Positions 53,013 to 63,404 of a stretch of DNA of 64,000 bases are shown here, piece after piece. Below the pieces are notes generated by a model. That model was not told where the DNA came from. It worked only from the letters and a program-made list of their open reading frames with translations, and ran no database searches. How positions within the stretch are numbered: position 1 is the first letter of the stretch; every line of letters begins with the position of its first letter. Source of the DNA: Leptolyngbyaceae cyanobacterium (GTDB lineage: Bacteria; Cyanobacteriota; Cyanobacteriia; Phormidesmidales; Phormidesmidaceae); the NCBI GenBank assembly GCA_965263355.1, contig CBDHHL010000032.1, forward strand, positions 2,240,001-2,304,000, in the 5' to 3' direction. Position numbers and translations under genes: made by a program.

Positions 53013-54101
53013 TTAACTAAAGCTTTCAAGGATTTTGAGCACTTCTGAAATGGTAACCTCAAAATTATCAAAGATGCCCTTTTCGTGACTATGCCAATGT
53101 CGATATTGATGTCCAAGGGATTTGGCAAGGAAATAATAGTGAGGTAAAAGAAACGGTGTTGGAAATAGTTCTAAAATCTTAATTTCTTGGGAGAAAATCG
53201 TATTGGTAAGCCCTGCGCCATGGGCAGCAATAACTATCTCGGCATCATAGAAAAGGGCAATTTGTTCCTCGATGGGTAAATGCTCAAGCACATAGCATTT
53301 AAAGCCCCATGGTCGAATAGCATCAAAGAGTGCTTCTTCGTTCAAAATACATCGCTGACGGCCCTTATGCGTGGCAATGCGGGAAATAAAAATACGGTGT
53401 TGCTGTTTTCGGGGACGCTGAGGAGCAACCTGATGCATAAACCATGTGCGATAATCAGAAGGTAAATGGCCTGAAAAACGATGACTCAAAAAACTTGGAA
53501 AAATAAGGTGTTTGAGCATATATAACTTGCTGTTATCCACCTGCGTAACTCTAACATTTTCAGGCAGAAGCTTTTTGAGGTAAAAGGCTTCTGCCGATGA
53601 GAGGTTGCCTGTACAGAGCAGCTTAATTTCTTTGATTTTTCTAAATTTTGGGTGGTGAAGTAAATATAACCTGGGCAAATTATCGATTATCGTATGATAG
53701 TACCCATTCTTATGGGAGCGAAATAAGCTGCAAATTCCCCGAATAGGAAGAACACATTTTCCATAAAAAGCTCTAGGGTTAAACTGTCCTAGCTCCTTTT
53801 GGGTACTGATAGATTCTTCTATAATCTGGCGAGATTGAGTATGTAATAGATTGTATTCGGGACAGAAACAGATGTCGTTAAGAGTTAGTGTGTAAATATC
53901 GGGTGTTTTATATATTGAATTTTGAATACATTTGGCTTCAGGTAAAAAGTTCATATCAGTAGCCTCAGCAGTTGTCATACTCTCTGCTAGGGCTGGATAA
54001 CGATACCAATCACTGTTTGAGAGATTAGGTAACTCAGTCAGTGACACTGAACTTAGAAGAAAATGTCTGAGGATTGATGAAATAAGATTTTCAAGGTTCA
54101 T
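53013..54101 (-). CDS. GT61 (DUF563) glycosyltransferase
   Basis: GYYH..DNLPR, IFISR, ILNE, EQIALF and HGAGLTN. Confidence 0.85.
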   Translation of the reverse strand: MNLENLISSILRHFLLSSVSLTELPNLSNSDWYRYPALAESMTTAEATDMNFLPEAKCIQNSIYKTPDIYTLTLNDICFCPEYNLLHTQSRQIIEESISTQKELGQFNPRAFYGKCVLPIRGICSLFRSHKNGYYHTIIDNLPRLYLLHHPKFRKIKEIKLLCTGNLSSAEAFYLKKLLPENVRVTQVDNSKLYMLKHLIFPSFLSHRFSGHLPSDYRTWFMHQVAPQRPRKQQHRIFISRIATHKGRQRCILNEEALFDAIRPWGFKCYVLEHLPIEEQIALFYDAEIVIAAHGAGLTNTIFSQEIKILELFPTPFLLPHYYFLAKSLGHQYRHWHSHEKGIFDNFEVTISEVLKILESFS

Positions 54102-54193
54102 CTTAAATGATAACTTTGGTTGTTAGACTCTCCAGATTTTTTTATGCTCATTCTATTCCTGGATGTTGACTAGAATGTGGCTTATAACCTGTT

Positions 54194-55123
54194 ATGAAAA
54201 AGTTTTACTCTCAGCCTATTTATATTGTTGGCTTACCACGCAGCGGTACTACCTGGCTTGCTTCTATTTTAAACACAGCCCAAGGTGTTAAATATTTCTA
54301 TGAACCATTTAATCCCCTAAGAGTCCCTGAAGCGTTACCTCATTTAATGAAATACTTGCGGGCAAATGATACTGACCCATCGTATAGCAGTTTTTGCCAA
54401 GCTGCTTTTTCTGGGCGATTAAAGAATCAGTTAGTTTATAAAAAAATGGCTAAACCCTATTGCCGATTTGGTAATGCTTTGCGATCGCTACCTGGGCGAG
54501 TCATGGTTAAAGACGTTCATTCTTTGATGTCTCTGGCTTGGATTCAGAAAACCATTCAACCGGTTATTTTAGTTGTTATTCGACATCCATGTGCAGTTGC
54601 AGCCAGCTGGTTTCGGTATTTTAACTTAGACGTTGAGTTAAGAGGATTACACAGTATATTTAACCAGCCTTCCCTTATGGAGGACCATTTATACCCCTAT
54701 GAACATCTTTTTTATGAAACAGTAGACTTTTGGCAAAAAATTGCCGTGTATTGGGGAGCCGTATACCATGTGATTTTTCAACAAAGTAAACGATATCCCC
54801 ACTGGAAAATTATTAGGCATGAAGACTTGTGTCATAACCCAACTCAAGCTTTTAAGGAACTCTTTTCCCAACTAAACCTGTGTTGGACTCATCAGACGGA
54901 TAGTCTATTAAAACTATCGACCTCTCAAGATAGCCATAGACCCTATATCCCTTTCAGAGTTTCTGCAGCAGAGCCAATGAAATGGAAAAAGGAGCTTGCG
55001 CCCTGGCAAATTGAGAAGATCAAGCATTTTACCCAACCTTTTGAAATCCCCTACTACTCAGATTTTAAAAGATTAGAATTTGACTCTAAAATGGAGACAA
55101 ATTTTCGTATTGATAAAACGTGA
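54194..55123 (+). CDS. Sulfotransferase
   Basis: GLPRSGTTW, YEPF, RHPCAVAAS and HEDL. Confidence 0.85.
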   Translation: MKKFYSQPIYIVGLPRSGTTWLASILNTAQGVKYFYEPFNPLRVPEALPHLMKYLRANDTDPSYSSFCQAAFSGRLKNQLVYKKMAKPYCRFGNALRSLPGRVMVKDVHSLMSLAWIQKTIQPVILVVIRHPCAVAASWFRYFNLDVELRGLHSIFNQPSLMEDHLYPYEHLFYETVDFWQKIAVYWGAVYHVIFQQSKRYPHWKIIRHEDLCHNPTQAFKELFSQLNLCWTHQTDSLLKLSTSQDSHRPYIPFRVSAAEPMKWKKELAPWQIEKIKHFTQPFEIPYYSDFKRLEFDSKMETNFRIDKT

Positions 55124-55181
55124 GATATGAAGATGCCATATTATCCAAGTTACTTGGCCCCAACAATGTTTAACTCATTGC

Positions 55182-56348
55182 TTGGTCTCAAAACCTGACC
55201 TGCAATCTCAAATACTATACCTTTTGGGCAAAGTAAGAAATCGCTTTTTCAAAGACTTAATCAATAGAGGGGCCTATAAGTATTCCATGGATTTAACCTT
55301 AAGGCGAAGAGATTATTTTTGGATCGATTGTATTCGGGGCATTGCTACATTTATGGTAGTTTTTTTACACTCGGCGGCACCTCTCCTATATAAATATAAG
55401 GATCTTCCCCTTGATTATTGGATGGCAGGTAATATTTATGACTCTCTTGTAAGAGTTTGTGTACCATTATTCTTTATGATTTCTGGTGCTCTGTTACTCT
55501 GTAAAGATGAACCAATTTTACTTTTCTTTTCCAAAAGGTTGAAAAGGATATTAATTCCATCTATGTTTTGGTCTTTATTTTTTGTGTTCTGGAAAGCCTT
55601 TTATGGAAAAAATTTGTTAATTACACCATTCTCCTTTTACAGTTTGCTATGGAGGCCAAGTTACTATCATCTTTGGTTTATTTATGTGCTGTTAGGCATA
55701 TATCTGTATATGCCAATCATTCGAAAAGTTATCAAAATCTATGATGATTCTATATTAATTTATTATGTTTTTGTTTGGTTTCTAGTAGCTTCAGTGCTTT
55801 TCTTTAGTGATAAGTTTGGAGATATGAGTATTCCAATCTATTTTCGACCGTTTTCTGGATATTTAGGTTATTTGGTTCTGGGATATTTACTAAGTAAGCG
55901 AGACTATCAAAAAAGACATGGCATTTGCGCCTTTCTTATATTTATCATCTTCACTTTTTTAACTGCTTATGGCACCTATCTTTTGACCGTAAATAATGAA
56001 GGTATTTTTGTCGGTTATTTGTATGGCTACTTAACGCCGAATGTTATTTTAGCTAGTATTTCCAGTTTTATTCTTATTAAGTACTTGGTGCATGTGACTA
56101 GGCTTGCACACAAAGCTTTTTTAGTCGTCTTAATAAAATCCATAAGTGATTGTAGTTTTGGTATATATTTTTTACATACTGTTTTTCTACGTTTGCTACA
56201 AGCAGGCGATCTTGGTTTTACACTATCTGCGTTTATAAGTCATCCTATGTATTCTGTGCCATTAACAGCAATAATTACATTTGTACTTTCCTATTTTTTG
56301 GTATTGCTTTTGTGTCAAGTTCCTACAGTACGAAGAGTTGTATCCTAA
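55182..56348 (+). CDS. Acyltransferase-3 family O-acetyltransferase (WecH/YiaH-like)
   Basis: IDCIRG..VVFLH, VPLFFMISG, YHLWF and SFGIYFLH. An internal ATG near 55287 is the likelier start. Confidence 0.85.
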   Translation: MVSKPDLQSQILYLLGKVRNRFFKDLINRGAYKYSMDLTLRRRDYFWIDCIRGIATFMVVFLHSAAPLLYKYKDLPLDYWMAGNIYDSLVRVCVPLFFMISGALLLCKDEPILLFFSKRLKRILIPSMFWSLFFVFWKAFYGKNLLITPFSFYSLLWRPSYYHLWFIYVLLGIYLYMPIIRKVIKIYDDSILIYYVFVWFLVASVLFFSDKFGDMSIPIYFRPFSGYLGYLVLGYLLSKRDYQKRHGICAFLIFIIFTFLTAYGTYLLTVNNEGIFVGYLYGYLTPNVILASISSFILIKYLVHVTRLAHKAFLVVLIKSISDCSFGIYFLHTVFLRLLQAGDLGFTLSAFISHPMYSVPLTAIITFVLSYFLVLLLCQVPTVRRVVS

Positions 56349-56416
56349 AGAAGCTCATATTTTTTGATGCTCAATAATGAAGTCACCTATGTTGACAAAA
56401 ATCATGAGATAGGAAG

Positions 56417-57505
56417 ATGATGCTTGGGGTTAGTGTTGTTATTTGTTGCCATAATAGTGCCGATACACTGGCGGAAACCTTACGATATCTTGCTGCTCAA
56501 TCCATTGCAGACAATATTCCTTGGGAAGTCATTATCATTGATAATGCATCAACGGATCAGACTGTCCAAGTTGCCTTAGACGCTTGGCCACAACAATACT
56601 CAACCCATTTAAGAATTGTTCAGGAACCTAAACTGGGTTTAATTTATGCTCGTTATCGAGGTTTGGCTGAGGCTCGGTATGAGGTGATTAGCTTCATTGA
56701 TGATGATAATTGGGTATGTTCTAGCTGGATACAAACAGTCTCAGAGATTATGGGTGGCCATCCCAGGGTGGGTGCCTGTGGTGGGCAGAATATTCCGGAA
56801 TTTGCTACTCCTGAGCCGGAATGGTTTGGCCTGAGTGGCAAAAGCTATGCCGTAGGCAGTCAAGGTCCAGCGTCGGGGGGGGATATCACCTGGTCAAGGG
56901 CTCGTTTGGTGGGGGCAGGGCTCACTATTCGTAAAGCCGCATGGCAGCAACTAGTTGACAATGGATTTCAATCTATGTTGGTAGGGTGTCAGGGAAAAAC
57001 CTTGAACCGGGGTGAGGATACTGAGCTTTGTTTTGCTTTGGTATTGGCTGGTTGGCATCTGTGGTACGAGCCTCGTTTAGTCTTGCGGCATTTTTTAACA
57101 GCGGATCGATTGCACTGGCATTATCTTCGTAAATTACGCCGTGGTGGTGGTCAAGCAACGGTGGGGTTCGATCCCTATAGATTGGTATTGGAGTCATGCA
57201 ATAGTAACCACTTCATTGATTTCTGGTGGCCTGCTTCGTTCACATCCACTAAGCACCCCTATGGACAACCTAAGGTATCCTGGTGGCGACAACAATTCCT
57301 GGCGATCATTAAGGAGCTACTGTGCCATCCATGGGCACTGATTCAATCGCTGACGTTGTTGGCAGAAGGTAATGCTAATGTCCTGGATGTGGAGATGCGC
57401 ATAGGTCGGTTAATCGAATTGATTAAAACTCGTAACACTTATGATGTGAGTATTCGATCTCTGTGCAAAGTGGCTTGGAGAAAACAATATGAAACGAAAT
57501 CTTGA
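56417..57505 (+). CDS. GT2-family glycosyltransferase
   Basis: VSVVICCHN, IDNASTD, FIDDD and GED. Confidence 0.88.
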   Translation: MMLGVSVVICCHNSADTLAETLRYLAAQSIADNIPWEVIIIDNASTDQTVQVALDAWPQQYSTHLRIVQEPKLGLIYARYRGLAEARYEVISFIDDDNWVCSSWIQTVSEIMGGHPRVGACGGQNIPEFATPEPEWFGLSGKSYAVGSQGPASGGDITWSRARLVGAGLTIRKAAWQQLVDNGFQSMLVGCQGKTLNRGEDTELCFALVLAGWHLWYEPRLVLRHFLTADRLHWHYLRKLRRGGGQATVGFDPYRLVLESCNSNHFIDFWWPASFTSTKHPYGQPKVSWWRQQFLAIIKELLCHPWALIQSLTLLAEGNANVLDVEMRIGRLIELIKTRNTYDVSIRSLCKVAWRKQYETKS

Positions 57506-57599
57506 TTTGTGGTATTCAATATTATTGGGCTGGTACAAGACGCAGCCCTTATAACAATGCCTTGTTTGAACTGAGTTGCTGCATTCAAACTTGGTATAA

Positions 57600-59450
57600 C
57601 TATGGCTGAGGGCTGATCTTAAACTGCATCTGGTGATATTTCCAGAGATGCCCACGGACTTGAATTAAATCTTGGTACCGACCCTGTTCAACAATGCGCC
57701 CTTTTTCTAACACGACAACTTTGTCTGCATTGACTATGGTGGATAATCGGTGTGCGATCGCAACCACGGTTCGCCCCTTAGCCAACTGATTCAACGACGT
57801 TTGAATTTTCCGCTCTGTAGCTGAATCCAGAGCACTGGTGGCCTCATCTAAGATCAAGATTTCCGGATTCCGTAGTAATGCTCTGGCAATAGCAATTCGT
57901 TGTCGCTGTCCCCCCGATAAACGCACCCCCCGCTCACCCAGTATGGTCTCAAATCCCTCAGGCAACTCCAAAATAAATTCCAGGGCGTTCGCCTGCTGTG
58001 CAGCTCTCCAGATCTCATTATCGTCCACGCCTTCAAGGCCATAGGCAATATTAGCTCGGGCCGTATCATGAAAAATAAACGTATCTTGACTCACAATCGC
58101 CATTTTGTGACGCAGAGAATTAATTTTTAACGCTCGAATATCGATACCATCAATCAAAATACGCCCCTGGGTCGGATCATAAAAGCGAGGTAACAAATCC
58201 ACCAGGGTTGTCTTTCCGGCACCCGAGGCCCCTACTAATGCCATCATTTTTCCCTGCCCAATTGATAACGTAATATCTTGCAGAACAGGCTCATTGGGGG
58301 TGTACGCAAAATCCACTGATTCAAAATCAATGGATCGCTGTAATCCTACAAATGGAGTGTTTCCGTCATGAAAATAGGGTTTGTCATCGCGCCTGAGCAA
58401 ATCGGTCACCGATTCCATAGCTCCCAAGGCAGCAACACAACTAATCCTCGTGTTATTCAGTGTGGATATCATTGGAATGGCTCGAATCAGTATGAATAAA
58501 AATGTTAGGAATTCCGATTCCATGACATGGTCTGTGGAAATCAATTTTCCATAGACTACAACAACCATACTGACTAACAGCGTCACTCCAAGTCCTTCCA
58601 TGATGGGTTGTACCAGGGCAAGAAGCCTGTGAACCCTGATCTGAGTTCTATAAACTTGTTCAGTGATTGTAGAATATTTTTGACGCTCAAACTGTTGGGC
58701 ACCAGCCCCCTGTACAGTCCGAATCCCATTGAGAAAAGCCAGTAAATTAACAGTAAATCTCCTATTTGCCTTGGGGATTGCAAGCCCTGCTTGTTGTGCC
58801 TTGTGAGTTAACCCTGTTAAGCTCATAGAGAGCAAGCTAAAGGAAATTACCGCTGTAAAAAACAGTGGCCATGACAACAGCAGCATGGCCACCAGATAGA
58901 CCAGTAGCTTAGCAAGTTGAATAATGGCCCCTAATAAATTACTAAACGTATTTTGGACCTGAGTAACCTCACTCCTGAGAGTACTCACAATTGTCCCAGG
59001 ATTAGTTGTGGTGTAAAAGCTTAGCCTGAAGCTTTCTAGCTGATCGAATATCCTATAGCGGAGGCGATCACCTAACTTGCAAGCAGCTATTTTACTGTAG
59101 ACATTACTTGAATAGTCAACTCCACTCCGCAACCAAACAATTACTAATAGTAGCCACGACAGACGATAAGTCCGTTGGGTTACCGTTGCCTGGGTGGCCA
59201 GAAAAACAGTATCAATCCACTGCAGACCTGTTTGAATAGGAGGTTGATCTGGTGTGGTTAATCCCTGTAAAAAGCAAACAATGAAGCCAACGGTGATGCC
59301 TTCCAAACAGGCACCTATAAGCGCAAATAAAATCGCTAAAACAATTGTCCAACGAAAATGTTTCAGCTCCTTAAAGATGAGGTGATAATCGCGCCGAAAG
59401 TGAGCTGCTTTTAAGACTCTGTGCAGAATGTAATTCAGCTTACGTTTCAT
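57600..59450 (-). CDS. HepA/MsbA-like ABC exporter (fused TMD and NBD)
   Basis: Multiple TM helices; GASGAGKT, LSGGQRQR, LDEATSALD and IAHRLST. Confidence 0.9.
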   Translation of the reverse strand: MKRKLNYILHRVLKAAHFRRDYHLIFKELKHFRWTIVLAILFALIGACLEGITVGFIVCFLQGLTTPDQPPIQTGLQWIDTVFLATQATVTQRTYRLSWLLLVIVWLRSGVDYSSNVYSKIAACKLGDRLRYRIFDQLESFRLSFYTTTNPGTIVSTLRSEVTQVQNTFSNLLGAIIQLAKLLVYLVAMLLLSWPLFFTAVISFSLLSMSLTGLTHKAQQAGLAIPKANRRFTVNLLAFLNGIRTVQGAGAQQFERQKYSTITEQVYRTQIRVHRLLALVQPIMEGLGVTLLVSMVVVVYGKLISTDHVMESEFLTFLFILIRAIPMISTLNNTRISCVAALGAMESVTDLLRRDDKPYFHDGNTPFVGLQRSIDFESVDFAYTPNEPVLQDITLSIGQGKMMALVGASGAGKTTLVDLLPRFYDPTQGRILIDGIDIRALKINSLRHKMAIVSQDTFIFHDTARANIAYGLEGVDDNEIWRAAQQANALEFILELPEGFETILGERGVRLSGGQRQRIAIARALLRNPEILILDEATSALDSATERKIQTSLNQLAKGRTVVAIAHRLSTIVNADKVVVLEKGRIVEQGRYQDLIQVRGHLWKYHQMQFKISPQP

Positions 59451-59542
59451 CGCTTAGGGGTCATAACTATTAGCGATATCGGATGCTACTAATCAGGATT
59501 GTGTACATATAAGCTCCAAGTGGGCATTGTCCCCCTCAGATC

Positions 59543-60397
59543 TTAAAGCCCTACCCTATCCAGCTTCCATCGTGAGATATCAAATTCATAGTTCACTTCT
59601 AACCTACGCAAATCATCACGGAGTTCACGGTAAACAAAGTTTCGCTGTTCTGATGAAAGTTTTACATGGTGGGTTATGCTATGTCCTAGCTTACGTTTTA
59701 GACTATCTCTAAGTGTTTCTGACAGCAATCCAGTCATTGGTTGGATAAAGGGCCATAGTTTACCTTCTATGACTTTGCCCTTAGTCGGATGGTAGTTCCT
59801 AGCAATATCTTTGAATATATAGGATGTGTCTAATGCTAACCATCGACATACATGCTCTAAAAGCTGTAGAGGATTATCTCTTAAATCATTAAAGTTCAAC
59901 AGAATAATTTGATCTTTAGAAAATCTCTGACAATAATTGTCTAACTGCTTTGCATATCTAGATATTTCTATCAGTTTTTGATCGATGCCGCTGTTGAGAA
60001 GTTTAAGGTCTTTTCCCCAACGGGTACTCAATGCATGGGTGTAATGGGACTCAATTCGTTCGATAGGATCCCGCATGATGTATATAAATCTAAAATCATA
60101 AGTAAACTGAGTTTGGAATTGAAAAATGCGTTCGACTACAGTTGAGGTATGCATTTTTGTATAGCTTGTGGAGCCTTCCAATGCAATTCTATGAATACTG
60201 GAATCGTAGCTCCAGAGTTGTTTATACCAGTCAGCCCCTTTGCTATAAGTCCCGTCTTCTGAGAAGAAATGAGGTTCTTTTTTGGGTTCGCAAGGGCATA
60301 TTTGAGGATGTTCTGCTAGATATTTAAAGAGGCTGGTGGTGCCACTTTTCATGGCTCCGATGATGAGTGCAAATTTGTTGATCATTAAACTGCTCAA
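59543..60397 (-). CDS. Sulfotransferase (heparan-sulfate ST-like motifs)
   Basis: IGAMKSGTTSL, KEPHFF and RDPIERIES. Likely ATG start at 60385. Confidence 0.85.
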   Translation of the reverse strand: MSSLMINKFALIIGAMKSGTTSLFKYLAEHPQICPCEPKKEPHFFSEDGTYSKGADWYKQLWSYDSSIHRIALEGSTSYTKMHTSTVVERIFQFQTQFTYDFRFIYIMRDPIERIESHYTHALSTRWGKDLKLLNSGIDQKLIEISRYAKQLDNYCQRFSKDQIILLNFNDLRDNPLQLLEHVCRWLALDTSYIFKDIARNYHPTKGKVIEGKLWPFIQPMTGLLSETLRDSLKRKLGHSITHHVKLSSEQRNFVYRELRDDLRRLEVNYEFDISRWKLDRVGL

Positions 60398-60408
60398 AAA
60401 CTGCTCGA

Positions 60409-61443
60409 ATGAATAGCGCCTGGCAAATAACGTGTAACTTGCGTATCCGACAATTAGCTAGCCAATTAATCAATAATCATCCGTGGAAGTACCGTATTCG
60501 ACCTATCACCTGGTGGAACGTTCCCAGCTGGGTAAAACAAACTATTAAACAAGATAGACGATTTTACCGAATCCGACCAAGACCCCCTTCAGTATCGCGA
60601 GTTCGCCATTTTATTTCACCCAATCTGTCAAACCCAATTTTTATTGTTGGTGCTCCTCGTTCTGGAACAACCTTTCTAGGACAGTGTATATCTGAATTAC
60701 CTCAGCTTAGCTACCATTTTGAACCGGTGTTAACTAAGGCCGCTGTTCGCTATATTTACACCCAGCAATGGTCGCCTAAAAAAGCTCAGCACTTTTATCG
60801 TCAGGTTTACACTGGGCTTATGCGTTTGTATCTAGATGGCGATCTCTGCTTTTGTGAAAAAACTCCTCGGAATAGCTTTATTCTTCCATTTCTCTATCAA
60901 ACCTTTCCAGATGCACGATTTGTTCACATTATTAGGGATGGGCGAGATGTTGCACTTTCACTATCGCAGCAACCCTGGTATCGTAACGATCGGCAAGGAT
61001 CAAGCGAGAAGGAGCCTGGGGGGTATCCATTTGGTCCGTCTGCACGCTTTTGGGTTGAACCTAATCGTACCCGAGAGTTTGAAACAACTAACGATCTGCA
61101 TCGCTGTATTTGGTTATGGCGTTGTTATGTAGAAAGCGCTAGGTCAGGAAGTGGGGCAATTCCCCCATCACAATACTATGAGCTTAGGTATGAAGACCTG
61201 GTGCAAGAGCCTGGTCGAGAAGCAACACGATTATTAGATTTTCTCAACATTACGGTTGAATCCTCTCAGATAGCCTTTAAACAAGCCGTTGTTACCAAGG
61301 CGCGACAAAACTCTATTGGGCAGTGGCGGCAAAATATCTCATCGCGCACTCTCAATCAAATGTATGCTGAGTCGGGGCAATTGCTTGAGTGCTTAGGCTA
61401 TACTGCGGTGGATATCAATGAACCTCTGATCCCTGATTCCTGA
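60409..61443 (+). CDS. Sulfotransferase
   Basis: GAPRSGTT, EKTP, RDGRDVALS and RYEDLV. Confidence 0.85.
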   Translation: MNSAWQITCNLRIRQLASQLINNHPWKYRIRPITWWNVPSWVKQTIKQDRRFYRIRPRPPSVSRVRHFISPNLSNPIFIVGAPRSGTTFLGQCISELPQLSYHFEPVLTKAAVRYIYTQQWSPKKAQHFYRQVYTGLMRLYLDGDLCFCEKTPRNSFILPFLYQTFPDARFVHIIRDGRDVALSLSQQPWYRNDRQGSSEKEPGGYPFGPSARFWVEPNRTREFETTNDLHRCIWLWRCYVESARSGSGAIPPSQYYELRYEDLVQEPGREATRLLDFLNITVESSQIAFKQAVVTKARQNSIGQWRQNISSRTLNQMYAESGQLLECLGYTAVDINEPLIPDS

Positions 61444-61487
61444 CCACTATCCTCAAGAAATTCTTCCGCCTTGAGCTGATACCCTAA

Positions 61488-62618
61488 TTAGCTCGCGGAA
61501 AGTACAAATTTATAGACCTCAATTGTCTTTTGAGTAATATAGTCCCAGGTCCATAATTGAGCCGTTTCAAAATTATGTTGACCCATTTTGGGTAAGTGCT
61601 CTCGTTGTGCGATCGCAGATTTAATAGCATTAACCAAACCATCCTGAGTTGCAGGATCATATAAAAAAGCCCCTGCTGGATCCAAAATATCCTTAAAAAA
61701 GCCTGTGTTAGGAGCAATACAGGCTTTTTTGAATGACATAGCCAGGACGGCCACACCGGATGCTGTAAATAGCGTATAGGGTAAAACCACTACATCGCTG
61801 GCATTCATATAAACCTGAATCTTCTCCTCAGGAATAGGGGCGGGAGGATCAACTAGTGAAACATTGGGGCAATTGGCTGCTTTTTCAAGAATTGTCTCAC
61901 GCATATCATCAGGCAGTTGACCCGTGATAATCAATTGGGTCATCCCATGGTCTACACCCTTAAATGCTTCAATGGCTTCTACTACGCCTTTACTACGATG
62001 AATACTGCCAAAATGTAAAAAAACAATAGATTCAGGCTCAATTCCTAATTGCTGTCTAGCAACGTCACGTTCAATTTGGTTTGGATAGGTTTCGATGTAA
62101 TTGTGATGGGGGATCGTAAAAATTTTCTTTGTATAGTTCTGGCCCAAAGCTGCCGTTTTTATGATTGTGTTTTTGGATGAGTCACAGTGGGTGATCATGG
62201 CCCCTAAAATCGCGCCTAAAATTTTAGTTTGAAGGGGAGATGGGGTGTAGTTGCCACTAGCCGTTGTCTTATCAATCCATTCGTGAACTGTCCAGATGAT
62301 TTTCACACCAACTAAACGTAAAAGTAAGACCTGACAAGTAAATATTGAAAATCTAAACCATCCATGAATGACGTTGGACGCTAAAAAGTGCTGCACAAAT
62401 TGAATATGCAGAATGGTAATATCCTTAAATAGAAAATTGTGGAAAAAGATCAAGGAAGGTGCATGGATGCTAGCCTTCAGACCCTTGGCATTTAAGTTTG
62501 CAATCAGGCAATCTTGATAGGGATTAAATTCCCAAGACGTTGACAGGAAAATTACTCGTATTGCCTGATTAAGGTTAGTACTTTGAGCAAAAAAATACTT
62601 TAAACATGAGAAAAGCAC
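61488..62618 (-). CDS. GT4-family glycosyltransferase
   Basis: NPY, WTVHE, FGSIHRSKG and DVVVLPY..SG. Confidence 0.85.
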   Translation of the reverse strand: MLFSCLKYFFAQSTNLNQAIRVIFLSTSWEFNPYQDCLIANLNAKGLKASIHAPSLIFFHNFLFKDITILHIQFVQHFLASNVIHGWFRFSIFTCQVLLLRLVGVKIIWTVHEWIDKTTASGNYTPSPLQTKILGAILGAMITHCDSSKNTIIKTAALGQNYTKKIFTIPHHNYIETYPNQIERDVARQQLGIEPESIVFLHFGSIHRSKGVVEAIEAFKGVDHGMTQLIITGQLPDDMRETILEKAANCPNVSLVDPPAPIPEEKIQVYMNASDVVVLPYTLFTASGVAVLAMSFKKACIAPNTGFFKDILDPAGAFLYDPATQDGLVNAIKSAIAQREHLPKMGQHNFETAQLWTWDYITQKTIEVYKFVLSAS

Positions 62619-62680
62619 AAATCAGAATCCTATTGCCTATTGTTAAATAAGTCTTTCTATAAAAATAAACTAATAAAAAG

Positions 62681-63391
62681 TTACCGCTTAAAAATTTCTT
62701 TTAAGCTAGTGTAGACGCTGCCAATTAAGTGTTTTGGAGGCACGTTTTCGTATTTCCATATAGTACTCTCAAAGTCACTCAAAACAGCAACATTAGGATA
62801 CATGCCGTAAGAAATGAGGTTGGTCAGATATGTTCTCCCCGTTAAACCATCGGCAGCCCATCTGATCGGATAGGCATTATTCAATAGTTTAGTTGCACCT
62901 TTGCGAGTGACTAGATACAAGCAAGCCCGATTGGCATATTCTTGATGCCTCGAAAATCTATAACCATCAAAGACAAATGGCCCAAACGGCTGTTGTCTGA
63001 CATCAGTTAGAAAATTTATAAATTCATAATCCTTGGGGAATTTCGATTTTCTTTCCAAAATCTTAAATAGCAATGGGTTAATTTCAACATCATCTTCTAA
63101 CACTAGAACTTCTTCGATACCCTCTTTAACAATTCTTTCCCAAATTCTGGCATGGGAAAGGGCACACCCTATTTCACCAAATCCTAGCCTTCTTCCACAG
63201 GAGTATATGGCAGCTTGTTGGGAATAGTGACTTAAATCTTGTTTACTTAGGGTCTTACCATCAACACCTGCGATGATTTCATAGGTGACATTGAGGACAT
63301 TTAACTGTTCTTGCATAAATGCGCGTCTTTCATGATCACGTTGCAGATTCAACACCCACACCGGGATTTGGTTTATGGCTTGTATCATCAT
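62681..63391 (-). CDS. GT25-family glycosyltransferase
   Basis: VLNL..RR, GVDG, GEIGCALSH and LEDD. Confidence 0.88.
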   Translation of the reverse strand: MMIQAINQIPVWVLNLQRDHERRAFMQEQLNVLNVTYEIIAGVDGKTLSKQDLSHYSQQAAIYSCGRRLGFGEIGCALSHARIWERIVKEGIEEVLVLEDDVEINPLLFKILERKSKFPKDYEFINFLTDVRQQPFGPFVFDGYRFSRHQEYANRACLYLVTRKGATKLLNNAYPIRWAADGLTGRTYLTNLISYGMYPNVAVLSDFESTIWKYENVPPKHLIGSVYTSLKEIFKR

Positions 63392-63404
63392 TTATCACCT
63401 GTGC

